A stretch of DNA of 64,000 nucleotides from Antechinus flavipes (Eukaryota): the NCBI RefSeq assembly GCF_016432865.1, contig NC_067399.1:61380001-61444000 (forward strand). Reading direction: 5' to 3'. The notes beneath the pieces were generated by a model. It was given only the letters and a program-made list of their open reading frames with translations, was not told the DNA's origin and searched no databases. The position numbers and the translations under genes are program-made. Shown one piece after another: positions 26,810 to 37,543 of the stretch (position 1 is its first letter; every line of letters starts with the position of its first letter).

Positions 26810-26815
26810 TTTATT
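26810..26815 (-). terminator. ELMO3: ELMO3 poly(A) signal
   Basis: TTTATT on +, about 235 nt past the ELMO3 stop. Confidence 0.7.
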
Positions 26816-27048
26816 CTTAGCAGTGACCGCCCGGATCGGGTGTCCGGTCGTGTGCCTGCCCCTCCCTATACCCTAATAGCAGCAGGTGTGGTAGTTTTCT
26901 TCTTAGGCAGAGGGAGGTGGGGAAAGGGAGGTTGCACCTTATTCCAGTAACTTGACAGGAAGCGGGTGAGACCCCCCCAGGAGCCCTGTGGCCTTCCCTG
27001 AGAATGAGCTGAAGGTGGAAGCCCTCCCCCGCCCAGCCTCGCCCCGCG

Positions 27049-30000
27049 TCAGGGCTCGGCGATGCTGCAGTCGTAGCAGAAGTTGTAGTTGGTGGGCGGG
27101 GGCGGCACGGGCGGAGGCTGGTCGGGGATGGGCACGTTCTCCAGCTCCAGCAGCCGGAGCTTGGTCTCCATGGCCAGCAGCAGCTCCAGCTCCATCCGCG
27201 TCTGCTCGCTGCCCATGGCCCCTCCCAGCAGGGCGCTCAGCCCGTCGGTCCACAGGCAGAACTAGGAGCAGGCCACAGGGATTCGTTTCTGCCGCCCAAA
27301 GCCCCGCCCCCCGCCCTCCCGGACCGCCCCCCACTCACCTCCCGTTTAGAGGGGGCAACGAAGTTGAGATAGGCCTCCTCCTCCCCTGCGTCGTAGCTGA
27401 CGGAGAAGGCGAGTTCACAGACGTCCTGAAGGGGAGAGGGCTCCCGTGAGGGGGGAGGGGGCGAGCCCCAGACGGACCCATGGGTTCCCCTGCTGCTCTA
27501 AGGCCCACAAGGGCTTTCCTCCCAGCAGCGTAGGAGGCCGGCAGGGCACGCAGCCTCTCCATTCTATAGGTGAGAAAGCTGAGGTGGAGGCTGTGAACCT
27601 GCGGGGCTCTGCACGTCGGGGGTCCCACTGTGCCCAGGGCCACCTCTCTAGTTCCAGCCCACCATCCCTCCGCACTGCCCGTTAGGAGCGGAGGGGTCGG
27701 GATCCCGTAAGGCAGCAAAGGCCCGGCTGCCTCCCCGTCTCCCGGCCCATCCTCACCTTGTTTTGTTTCCCGGAGCCTTTCTCCCGAACGTGGGGACAGT
27801 CCTTCCCCAGCAGCAGGGCCCTCATCTCAGCCACAGGGACTGTGGGGAGGGAGGATTAGGGACGTTATCCCCCTGGAAGGGGAAGGGGAGGCTGCAGAGA
27901 GCTGGGGGCCAGAGCTCTGGGATCCCAACCCCGAGGGGCAGTCCCATGGGGGCCCCTCATACGCTTGTCAGGCAGGCTCTCTGGAGCAGGCTGGGCCGCT
28001 CCTTCCTCCACGTCCCCATACTGCAGCATCTTGTGGTTAGGGGACAAACAGCAGAACCAGACCTTGTCTGCAGGGACAGAGGGAAGGAGGGGTGGGGTGA
28101 GGAAGCTCTTCCACAAGCTGCTGAGCCCCCTCCCCTCCCACACACTGACCTTGTCGCCGGCGGCTGCTGATCTTCCGGAAAAGCGTCCCCTCGCACAGCC
28201 GAAGCAGCCGCTGCTGACGGATCAGCTCCAAGAGCTCCGGCTTCAGCCTCTCCCGAAGCTCCCTGTGGGCAGGCAAGGCACGGAGCTGACAAAGGGGATG
28301 AGGGGCGGGGGGCTGGCAGCCTACGGAGGACCGTCTAGGGCAGGGTTTCTAACCTGGGGTCCACAGGCACCCCCAAGAATCTGTGGGGAGACTTCAGGGC
28401 ACCTGTGAACTGGGATGGGAAACAAAATATAACTTTGTTTTTAGAGATTGAACCTTTCCTTCATTTAATTAAACATGATTCTGAGAAGGGGTCCCTAGGT
28501 TTCCCCAGACTGTGGCCATAGGTGTCCGTGACATCAAAAAGCCAGGACGAGGAGCTGCTGGAGACACGTCAGACTGCGGCTCTGCCAGTGGGAGGCCCGG
28601 GTCCGAGATTCGGCCCCATCCCAGCAGCGCTGACTCCAGAGAGCCATCTCCTCTGCTAAAAACAGGATCCTAGTCCGGCTGCTCTCCCTCCCAGCACTTG
28701 GAAAGTGCTTGCAAATCTTGACATGAGAAGGCTTGGGTTCAAATTCTGACTCTATAGCTCACTGTCTCTAAGGAGGAAACTACCATTCATTTGCCATCCC
28801 GGGTCCAGCCTCAGTGGCGGTGGGACCTCTCATAATAACTCCCCAAAGGCATCTCCTTGCTGAGATAGATCCGGACCCCCCAAAAGAACCCCCACTATGA
28901 GAAGGTCTCTTCACGTCTCCAGGCCCCGGACGTCTACACGGTGACGTCCCTTCTGAGCCCCACGAGCTGTGGCCCATGAGCCCTTACTGGCGGGGATGGG
29001 CCTCTCAGGCAGGGACTGGAGTAGGGAGAGAGCCTGAGAGGGGGAGGCTCCGGGCACTGCTGGCCCCCCGCCCCTTCCCCAGAGGGGCTCACACAATGGG
29101 TCTGGCCATGGTGCCCTCCTGATGCATCCTCTCCGTCTGCCGGAGCCTCAGCACCTCGCTGTAGCTGAGGGTGTTCACCTTGGTCCTAAACAGCTCTAGA
29201 GAGGTCGGCTTCAATGCCAGGGTTCGAGTCAGTTGTTCCCGAACCACCTGCATCACCTGGGAATGAATGTCCCCTCAGTGTCCACATGCCCCCTTCTTCC
29301 AAACGACCGCCCCCAGCCCCAGCCCACAGGCTTCCTTCCTCACCTTGTCAAAGTCCTCCTGCGTGGCCCGCATCTCCTTCCACGTCTTGTTGAGCAGCTG
29401 GATGCAGACACAGAAGAGCTCCTGGAAGCTGTTGTCTTGCCCAAAGAACATTGGAGAGAAGTCCTGGGCGGTCTCAGAGCCTTGGAGGAGGCGAAGGAGG
29501 GAGAAGAGCTCAGTAAGACCATTGAAGCAGGCTCCCAGACCTCCCTCACCCTCCGGATCCTCCACCGGGGCATTGCCCAAGGCCAGAGCTGACCTGGAGC
29601 CCCTTGCTGTGCCCCAGAGGGTCGGATGTACCACTGGGCGCCGAGGTACCGTCCTGCCCGCCCCGACTCCCCTCGTCCCAGGGGCAATACAAACACCAGG
29701 AACAGGGCCGGGGGGAGCCGACTCACAGGGCTCCCCAATGTGCAACAGCTCGCACAGCAGCAGAGTGAGCTGGATGCTGCTCCGGGCAAAAGGGCACTCG
29801 TGCTTGTCCTCTCGGCTGCTGTTCTCCAGCACGAACTGGTGGGGATGGGCCGGAGAAGGGGAGGTCAGCTTCATCCCCCGAGAGGGCCGAGGCTCGGGGC
29901 CAGAGGAGACGGGGACACAAGGAGAAGGGGGTGGGAGAGTGAGGCTGGGGGAGAGCTCTACAGGACCAAGGACCGGAGGGGGAGGGGTGGATCTGGAGGT

Positions 30001-33000
30001 GACGGGCACTGGGAGAAGGGAATAAGGGGTCACTAACCCGGCTGTAGGCATTGGGTGCGTGGCTGGAAAAGTAGAGCATGTTGTCAAGGGCCAGCAGCCC
30101 CGGGGGGGCCCGCTCCAGGTCCTGGGCAGGGTTGCTGTTCTGGGGAAGGGGACAGAGATACTCAATGGGAGAAGGAATCTAGACAGCCAAGGGCAAGGCA
30201 GCCCAAGGGTGGGGGAGAGCAGGGGCCAGCAGGGGTCACTCACAGAGAAACCGAGTTTGCGGAACTCCCGGGCACAGAGGGAGCGGCGACGGTCAGCGCT
30301 CAGGCCACTGCCCTGGGACTCCCCGTCCAGCTCGAAGGCCGCTTGGCGCAAGGCCTGCAGCTGCTCCCGCTGCTCCTGAGGACGGGAGGCAGAAAGAAAT
30401 CACCCTCTGGCCTTCGCTCCCACCGACGCGGGCAAGCACCCCGGGCGAGGCTTTGACAGATTCCCAGATGTCGGCACCTGGTTGTAAGGGTCCAGGGGCG
30501 TGCGCATCCGCGGCTCCAGAAGCCCCAGCGTGAGGGCCTGTAGTACGTACAGATGATGGGCCATCTCATCCCCAAGCGGGGTGGAGCTGTGGATAATGTT
30601 CTGGGGGAGAGAGAGAAGCAAGCGCTAAGACCCTCCTCGTGGACCACAAGGAAAGAGGGAGAAGAGAGGCAGGAGCACTTAAACAGGGCCTCCTATGTGC
30701 CGGGCTCCACAACTCTCAGCTCATGGGATCCTCAGCAACCTTGGGAGGTAGGCGCTATTATCCCCATTTTACAGATGAGGAAACTGACATTAAGTGACTT
30801 GGCTAGGACCCTACAGCAAAGAAGAACTGAACTCAAATCTTCCAGATTTCAGGCCTGGTGCTTTATCCACTGAGCCACCTCGCTGCCTTGAGAGAGAGGG
30901 AGGAAAAAAAGAAATGGAAGAGTCGTACTGAGATGGTACTGGGACCAAGACTGGTCAACGCAGGGACGGGTTCCCCTCGATCTGCGCGGTTCTAGCAGCG
31001 GGGGGGACTCTGGATGTCGCATAAAGCTGGGTGTCCACACCCTCGGGTCCCTTGGGACTCTTCAGCCAACAACGATCAGAGAAGGAGCTTGGAGCAGCAG
31101 GAAGCAGGCTACGGGTCAGGGGTGAGGTTTGAACCTGCCGCCATAAACATGGGTCTCTCTCATCGTGAAACATGAGGGCGAGATAAGCTCTAAAGGGCTT
31201 TCAGCTCTGCAAGCTGCTAAGAGGTGGAGGCCCGGCTCCTTATCTCCCTTCTCTGCTGCCACAAGCCCTCACCTTGTAAATGAACTGACGGAGGTTCTTC
31301 CGCCACAAGTAATCCAGCATGATCTGGGAGGGGAAGAGAAGAAATGAGAGCAGGGAGAATCGGCCGCCCTGCTCCCCAGCTTCCTCCGCGTCCCCCACGG
31401 CCTCGCCCTCACCTGTCGATCGGCAAAGCTGGCGTTCTGCAGCAGAGCAGTAAGCAAGGCCATGGCTTTGGTCTGTAACGGCTGGTTCAGCCTGGCAGCA
31501 GAGGAGACCAAGGAAGGCGTCAACTGGAATCTGGACCCTTCCGCCAGCCCCCCAGCCCCGTTCCAGTACCCTTACACTTGCAGATGCACCAGCAGCCTTT
31601 CCAGGGGCACTTCCTGCTTCACCAGCTGGCCCAGGGGGGGGCTGCTGAGGGCCAAGCTCTCCAGAAGGCCCAGGGCCAGCTGTGGCACGGAGGCATCCAT
31701 CAGGTTCATGTTGACATAAGATACCACCTGAGGGACAGGGAAGAAAGTCAGCTCTGAACTGCGAGATATCCCAGCCGCCCACCCCTTGGTCTCCTTATTT
31801 CCCCCAACCTTTGCCCTCTCATGTCCCCACCTTCTTGACAAAGTTGCAGCTGAGTGTTTCCCAAGATACCACGCCATGCTCCATGAGCTCCGAGAAGGCC
31901 CTCAGGCCATGGGCCAGGACCTCTCCTAGACTAGGGGGGAAAAACATGGAAAATCACAGGAGTCTACTCCAGTTCTCACCTTTTACAAATCAGAAAGCTG
32001 AAGCCCAGAAGAGACACCCCCAAAATCAGATAGTTTAATGAGGGCCTGGGACTTTCCACTAAAGCCTGCTATCTCGACCTCAAGGCCTTCTCGGTTTAAC
32101 TGAAAAGAGGAGGATCACAGAAAAAAAAAAAATCTCTTCTCCAGGTGGATGGAATCATGACAATTGGCAACAAGGAGAATGTAGAACTACCCATCCCTTA
32201 TTTGACTATGGCTTGTTGTTCCGAGCATGACCTTTGGATCACAAAGGAGAAAACAAAAATGGTTTCTAGGGATCCCAGATAAGCAGGGAAACAGATTAGC
32301 CAAAGAACACAAAGCTGCTCTTTGTGAGGCTCTGATGTCTGAGGATCATCAACCAGACTAAAGAAGGGTAAAAGTGCTGAAAAGAGAGTGGAGTCCACAG
32401 ACTAAACTCTTAGGCTTTGATTCTTAGCAAAATTCAAGAGTTATGTGAAGGGAAGGCTGGTGAGCAAGCTTTTAGAAAAGCATACAGTGGTCACAAAAAG
32501 CCAGCTTGAGCACCAAGGGGTCTTTCCAGATGCATCTCATTCCCTTTATTTTGGGGGGGACAGAGCTAATTAAATCAGAGTGATAACTTCAGATGTTGTT
32601 TTGGCAAAACACTTGACAAAGTTTTTCTTCTGGCATTCTAGGGAAAGGAGGGTATGAGAGGACAGACAACAGATGGATTCAGAATTTGCGGAATAGCTGG
32701 CTACAAGAGTCTCCTTAGCCGTCTGATATTCCCTTGGAAAGAGGTCTCTAGAGTTCCACAGGCATCTACTCTACTCTTTGTCATCTTTCCCAGTCGCTTG
32801 GATAAAGTCAGAAATGACATCCTTATCAAATCTTGGTGTAATATGTGGGTTGGCAGAATCAGGAACTTTGGAGATTCTGGACTCACTAGAACTTGGTCCA
32901 GATGCAGGGAAGCAAAATGGAACAAGCATAATATGTACGAGGTTCTGAGCTAAGATCTTTTTTGCAAATATTAACTTACTCGATCCTAACAATTCTGCAA

Positions 33001-35937
33001 GGTAGTGCTATTATTACCCTCATTTGACAGTTGAGGAAACTAAAGCACATAAATTGACTTGTCCAGGATCACACAACCAGAATCCAAGGCAAGGTCTAAC
33101 TCAGGAGGGCCTGACTCTAGGCCTAGTGCTCTAACCACTGTGCAGCCTAGCTAACTCTTAGTGTAATAAAATCCACATTAACAGGGATAAGTGGTGAAAG
33201 GCAGTGAAGCAGATGGAAGCTGGGTCTTGTAGTCCAGAAAATCTTGAACTCGGCAGACTATGTGATCACATAGGCAAGTCACTCAAACCTCAAACTGTCC
33301 CAGGAAATCTCTAAGACCATCAAGCCAGAGATGAGTTGATGACAATCCATGGAGGAACTCACAGATCCAGGACAGACGTACACATGGTTTAAAAACAACA
33401 CCTTGGTCAGTGTGACTCAGGGGAGAGGGCAAGAAGAAGGGACAATGATGAGATAACAGTTCATGTGAAAAAGACCTAAGAGTTTTAGTAGACAAAAAAG
33501 CTCATGAGACTTTAGATGGCATAAGAGATACATTCTATCAAATGGCCATGTATCAACCAGGGCATATCAATGCAGAAAAGCATGGGAAGACATGATACAA
33601 TGGAGTAAAGAGAACTAGAGAAACAATATAAACACAAAACTATAAATAAGAGAACAGCAAAAAAACAATGAAACTGAATGCTGTATAATTCTAATGACCA
33701 AGCTTATCTGGAAGATGACACAAGAAAAATGTATCACTCTCTCCCCCCCCCCCCTTTTTTTTTTGCAGAGGTGAGCTGGACAATGGTTAGGAGACATCAC
33801 ACCTTTTCTCAGATTCAAATTTGGATAGTTTCTTCCCCCCCCCCTTTAAATTCTTTTTGTAGTGACAGAATCGCTCTAGAGTGGAAGGGGGAAGAGAACA
33901 CATTCCAAAACTAAGGTTATCGACAAGACAATATGCTTAAGACTTAGGAAATTTAAATCCTGCTATCTTGTGTCCAGATCAGGCTCTGTTCTAAACTTCA
34001 GAAAGAGCACTGATTTAATGAACTGGACAGTGTCCAAAGGAGAAGGGCCTCCGGCCAAAGAAGGTTTGGTGGAAGGAACTGAGATTGGGAAAGAGAAAAA
34101 TTAAGGGGACATGCTGTCTTTGAGAATGAAAGAGCTTCTCGCTATATCAGAAGGCAGAAAAAAGAGCAATGGATGGGAGCTGTCAAATCCCAGACTTGAC
34201 ATAAGGAAAGGCAGCCTAACAATTATCAGCGGAAAGAACCACACCTGGACCGAGCTGCCTTAGGAGGGAGTGGGCTCCTCCCGTCAGGAGCAAGGGCTGA
34301 ATGTCCACCTGTTAGGCAGGGCGCAGGGAAATCTCGTGCTCCTTCCAACTTGAGATTTCTGAGATTCATTTTTTCACTGGAAGAAACTGAGCCCCAGAGA
34401 TGGAAAAAAACCCTGCCTGAGATCACCCAGATACTGAGGAGAGGCGAGGTGCAGGTGTCCCACAGATGAAGAGAGCTCCAATCCCACAAACTCGCGGAAT
34501 ATTCCAGGGACCCTGCGGTCCTTGTCGGAGTGGAAGTGACTGAGCAGGGGCTAGTCTGGCCAGGGCTCCCGTTCCCGCACTCACTCATCCCCGTGCTCGA
34601 TGATGGCCCCCAGGCGCTGAAGCCCGTCTCGGTTGATGACTTCTCTGGCAAAGGTGAGATCAGGAGCCAGCAGGGCCAGGCGGCTCAGAGCCTCCCTCTT
34701 CACTTCCCGGTTCCCGCTCTGCAGCGCGTTCAGAAGTCTCTCCGCCTCTTTGTCCTGGGCAAGGAGAGGAGAGACCTGACTGGGAGGGCTCGGGGCCGCA
34801 CTAGGAAAGGGGAGCAATTCCAAGGCTTAAGGGCTAGCCCCGAGGAGAGCCAGGGCTCGAGCTGGCTGACAGAGGTGGCTTGGGAACGGGGATGGGGAGT
34901 CTGTACCGGCGCGATGCTGAGGGAAAGGATGCTCCCGTTCTTGATTTCCGATCGGTTCTGGAAGAGACCAAAAAAAGGTGGAGAGATGCTTTAAATGACG
35001 GGAGCGGACGCAAAGAATCGGCTGTTAGCGAGGGGTCGGTGATCGGGCCGGTCAAGAAGTTCGTGAGAAGTTGGCGGGGCGGGTGGGGGCTCAGTCAGCG
35101 GGTTCAGTGGAAGTGGCGGGTGAGGTCAGTAAAGGAGCACTCGGGGAGGGAGGCGCCTGAGGTGAGGTCGGGCAGGCAGGTGTGAGTCACGGACGGTTCC
35201 TGAGGGCAGTCAGTCACTGCTGACGCTCCCGGCGGTGGAGCCGGGTAAGCGAGGACAGTGAGGCAACGGGTGAGCAGGGGTCAGGTCAGTGCTCACGCTC
35301 TCGGTGATGTACTTCCGATGGCCATCCGCGTACTGCAGGGCGTAGTGCTCGGGGTCGTTCAAGTTCCAGCTGCAGTGAGGGAGCCGCCCTCAGCCTCCGA
35401 TCCGCGACCCACCCCCCCTCCATCCCCGAGCCCCGGCTCCCCTCTCCGCCCGTCCCACCCACAGGCAGGGAACTCACAAGTTGCAGACCTCCTTCAGCAC
35501 TGCCGCCAGGGGCTTGGCCTGCAGGGGGAGGGGATGCGGTAGTGGGTCACCCACCCTGGCCACACGGTGGAGGGCTAGTGGTCAGCACCGCGGAGAACGG
35601 CGGGGTGTAGATTGAATACACGAGCCGCGCTGAGCGAGGATGGAAGAGCCGGAGGGCAATGGGCGTGTTGAACCGCTCTGGGCTTCAGCAGCTCCAGCTA
35701 GATGGTCTCTAAGGGGGCTCCCGCCCCCAATCCTATGGCCCTACGACTCGGGAGTGCCAGGGCTCGGGGTAAGCAAGGACACGAGTCGGGGTGGGGGGAG
35801 GGAGGCATGTGGGGCGTATCCGGGACCTAGTCTGGGCCCAGGTGTAGAGTCTAGGTTACCTGGTCCAGCTCGATGAGCTGCGGGATGGCCCCCGGCATCT
35901 GGATAGCGATCTTGACCACGTTCTTAGGGGGGGCCAT
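27049..35937 (-). CDS. ELMO3: Engulfment and cell motility protein 3, 20 coding exons, 720 aa
   Basis: Exons (-): 35937-35860, 35518-35478, 35369-35297, 34957-34907, 34754-34585, 31930-31831, 31727-31576, 31491-31413, 31323-31273, 30600-30478, 30375-30244, 30139-30038, 29835-29727, 29480-29344, 29256-29093, 28262-28150, 28067-27963, 27839-27757, 27425-27339, 27261-27049; all GT-AG, 2163 nt. [14 protein letters not shown]...[18 protein letters not shown] matches recalled human ELMO3. Confidence 0.97.
29483..29564 (+). ncRNA. Candidate diverged mir-328-like hairpin antisense to ELMO3 intron 13
   Basis: Purine 5' arm and pyrimidine 3' arm with TGGAGGA/TCCTCCA, GAGGGAG/CTCCCTC and GAGC/GCTC pairings. 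29535-29556 matches recalled miR-328-3p at 14/22 positions, ungapped. Processing unproven. Confidence 0.3.
30690..30885 (-). mobile_element. MIR-family SINE in ELMO3 intron 9
   Basis: tattatccccattttacagatgaggaaactgac...aagtgacttg...gaactcaaatcttcc. Confidence 0.7.
33490..33920 (+). mobile_element. Marsupial L1 3' UTR remnant in ELMO3 intron 5
   Basis: agaaaagcatgggaagacatgatac...aatgaaactgaatgctg... L1-like 3' text. Boundaries approximate. Confidence 0.5.
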
Positions 35938-36600
35938 GGCCCCCACGCCGGCTCAGCTGCCTGCCGGACCACAGAGGAAGGGGGTCAGCGCGGGCGGGGC
36001 CGGGCGCATTCCTGAGACGCGCCGGGACAGGTCTGGTCTGTCCCGTCCTGCCCGGCCCCGCCCCCGCCCCCGCCCCCGTCCGGTCGGATCCATGGCCAGC
36101 GGGGGCTGAGCTAGGGGGCAGAGGTCTCTCCATGGCCTGGCCGAGGTCCGGCTTGGGGGCTGCCAGAACTCACCCGGCTCACCCGCCGCGACTCCCCGGA
36201 CGCCGCGTCCTTCCCTGGGGAGCGCCCCGTAGTTCCGGGTTGGAGTCTCGGGGGTGGGACGCACAGGGAACAGGAGAGCTCCTGGGTTGGGCTGGGCTGG
36301 CCCCAACCGTGCCCCGCCTCCAGCCCCGACCGGTGAAGGCGGAGGCTCCAGGATCCGGGAAGGAATGGGGAGACTACGCGATCCCAGGACATCCAGGTAG
36401 AAAGCCGAGCTCCTTTTCGTAGCACAAAGTTCCAAGGGATAAAGTTTGTTGGTGGGGCTAGGGCAAGGAGGATCCCCATGCCCCCCCCCCAGCCTTTCTC
36501 CCCCCACCTCCCACCCGCACAGTAAGCACAGCTGTGTCCATTGGGCACAATTCCAGAGCCTCCGTTTCCCAGGGCGGCTGAAATGAGTAAGGGATCATGA
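35938..36600 (-). promoter_or_regulatory. ELMO3: ELMO3 promoter and 5' UTR CpG island
   Basis: CpG-rich, with tandem GC boxes (GGGGGC)n at 36056-36078 that also form a G-quadruplex-type motif. Bounded by the E2F4 poly(A) signal. Confidence 0.7.
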
Positions 36601-36617
36601 CAGCCTTCGGCATGGTT

Positions 36618-36623
36618 TTTATT
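36618..36623 (-). terminator. E2F4: E2F4 poly(A) signal
   Basis: TTTATT on + at the end of an AT-rich stretch, about 920 nt past the E2F4 stop. Confidence 0.7.
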
Positions 36624-37543
36624 CATTCAGATACTGTACAAATATTACAGGCAATTTCCTTACACTGCAAAAAGTATAAAAATAATCTTTATATAGGAAT
36701 CTGTTCATTCCTGTAAATCTCTCTAAATCTCTTTCCAAACACTTTCTAATGGGAGGTAAGGGGTGGTACATGTCGCGATGAGGCTGGCCTCCTTGCAGCC
36801 CCGGACTAGAGGGGGAGCTCCCAGGTGGGAGCTCAGGGATGAGGATCCATCCAGTTTGGGGAGTCACTCGGCCTGTCTCATGAATTTCAATCCGAGCAGC
36901 AAGTAGGACATGTGGGTGAAGGGGCTGTTGTTGGCAAGGGGACAATGTGGCTTGGCTTGCTACAAGTGTGTGGGACTCTGGGGGAACCTGCTTCAGACTC
37001 CGGAGATGGGCCCTATGTGGTTAGTTTGTTGCATGTGGCCTTGTGTCCTCGCCCTGGCCCTGGGCTTGGCCTTTGGGGTCCTGGGAGGAGGAGCATGGAC
37101 AGCAAAAGGAGAGAGAGGGGCAGGGTCTCTAGGGTAGCCTTGGTGATGGGGACTAAGGTACTGTATCTCTCTGGGGCAGAGGGCCTGAGTTCTAAGACGA
37201 GGTCTGGGGTGCAAAAGAAGGTAGCGGGAGAGGAGAGTTCTGGCCCTAGGAAGAGAGGCACGTGGCAAATGCTTTGGCTGCCTGTTGACAGAGAATAAAG
37301 ACATTAGGGGGAAAGAGTCCCCTCTCCCCCTTTCAAAGGGTGGATGGATAAGCTGGCCAGAGGAAGAAACCAAGTGTGCAATTTGGAGAGAGGGGATTGT
37401 ACGGGCCTGGCGGTCAGTGTATCTGCGGCAATCCTCTGGACAGTGGGCAAGAGGGGAGAAGGGAAGACCAAAGCAACCCCGAGTCAAACAGTCTTGTCTG
37501 CACACGGCCCCAGGGGTGGCCGCAGTCAGAGGTTGAGGACCAG

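Noticed and set aside
30140-30243. ELMO3 intron 11 antisense resembles the mir-328 5' arm and loop (ctca..gggagaa..acagcc)
   Set aside because: The 3' side is purine-rich and cannot pair, so no hairpin forms. Intron 13 is the better candidate.
29267-30351. Long ORFs (358 aa -, 252 aa +) in ELMO3
   Set aside because: The - ORF runs through ELMO3 exons and stop-poor GC-rich introns, and the + ORF is its antisense shadow. The spliced model already explains the conserved segments.
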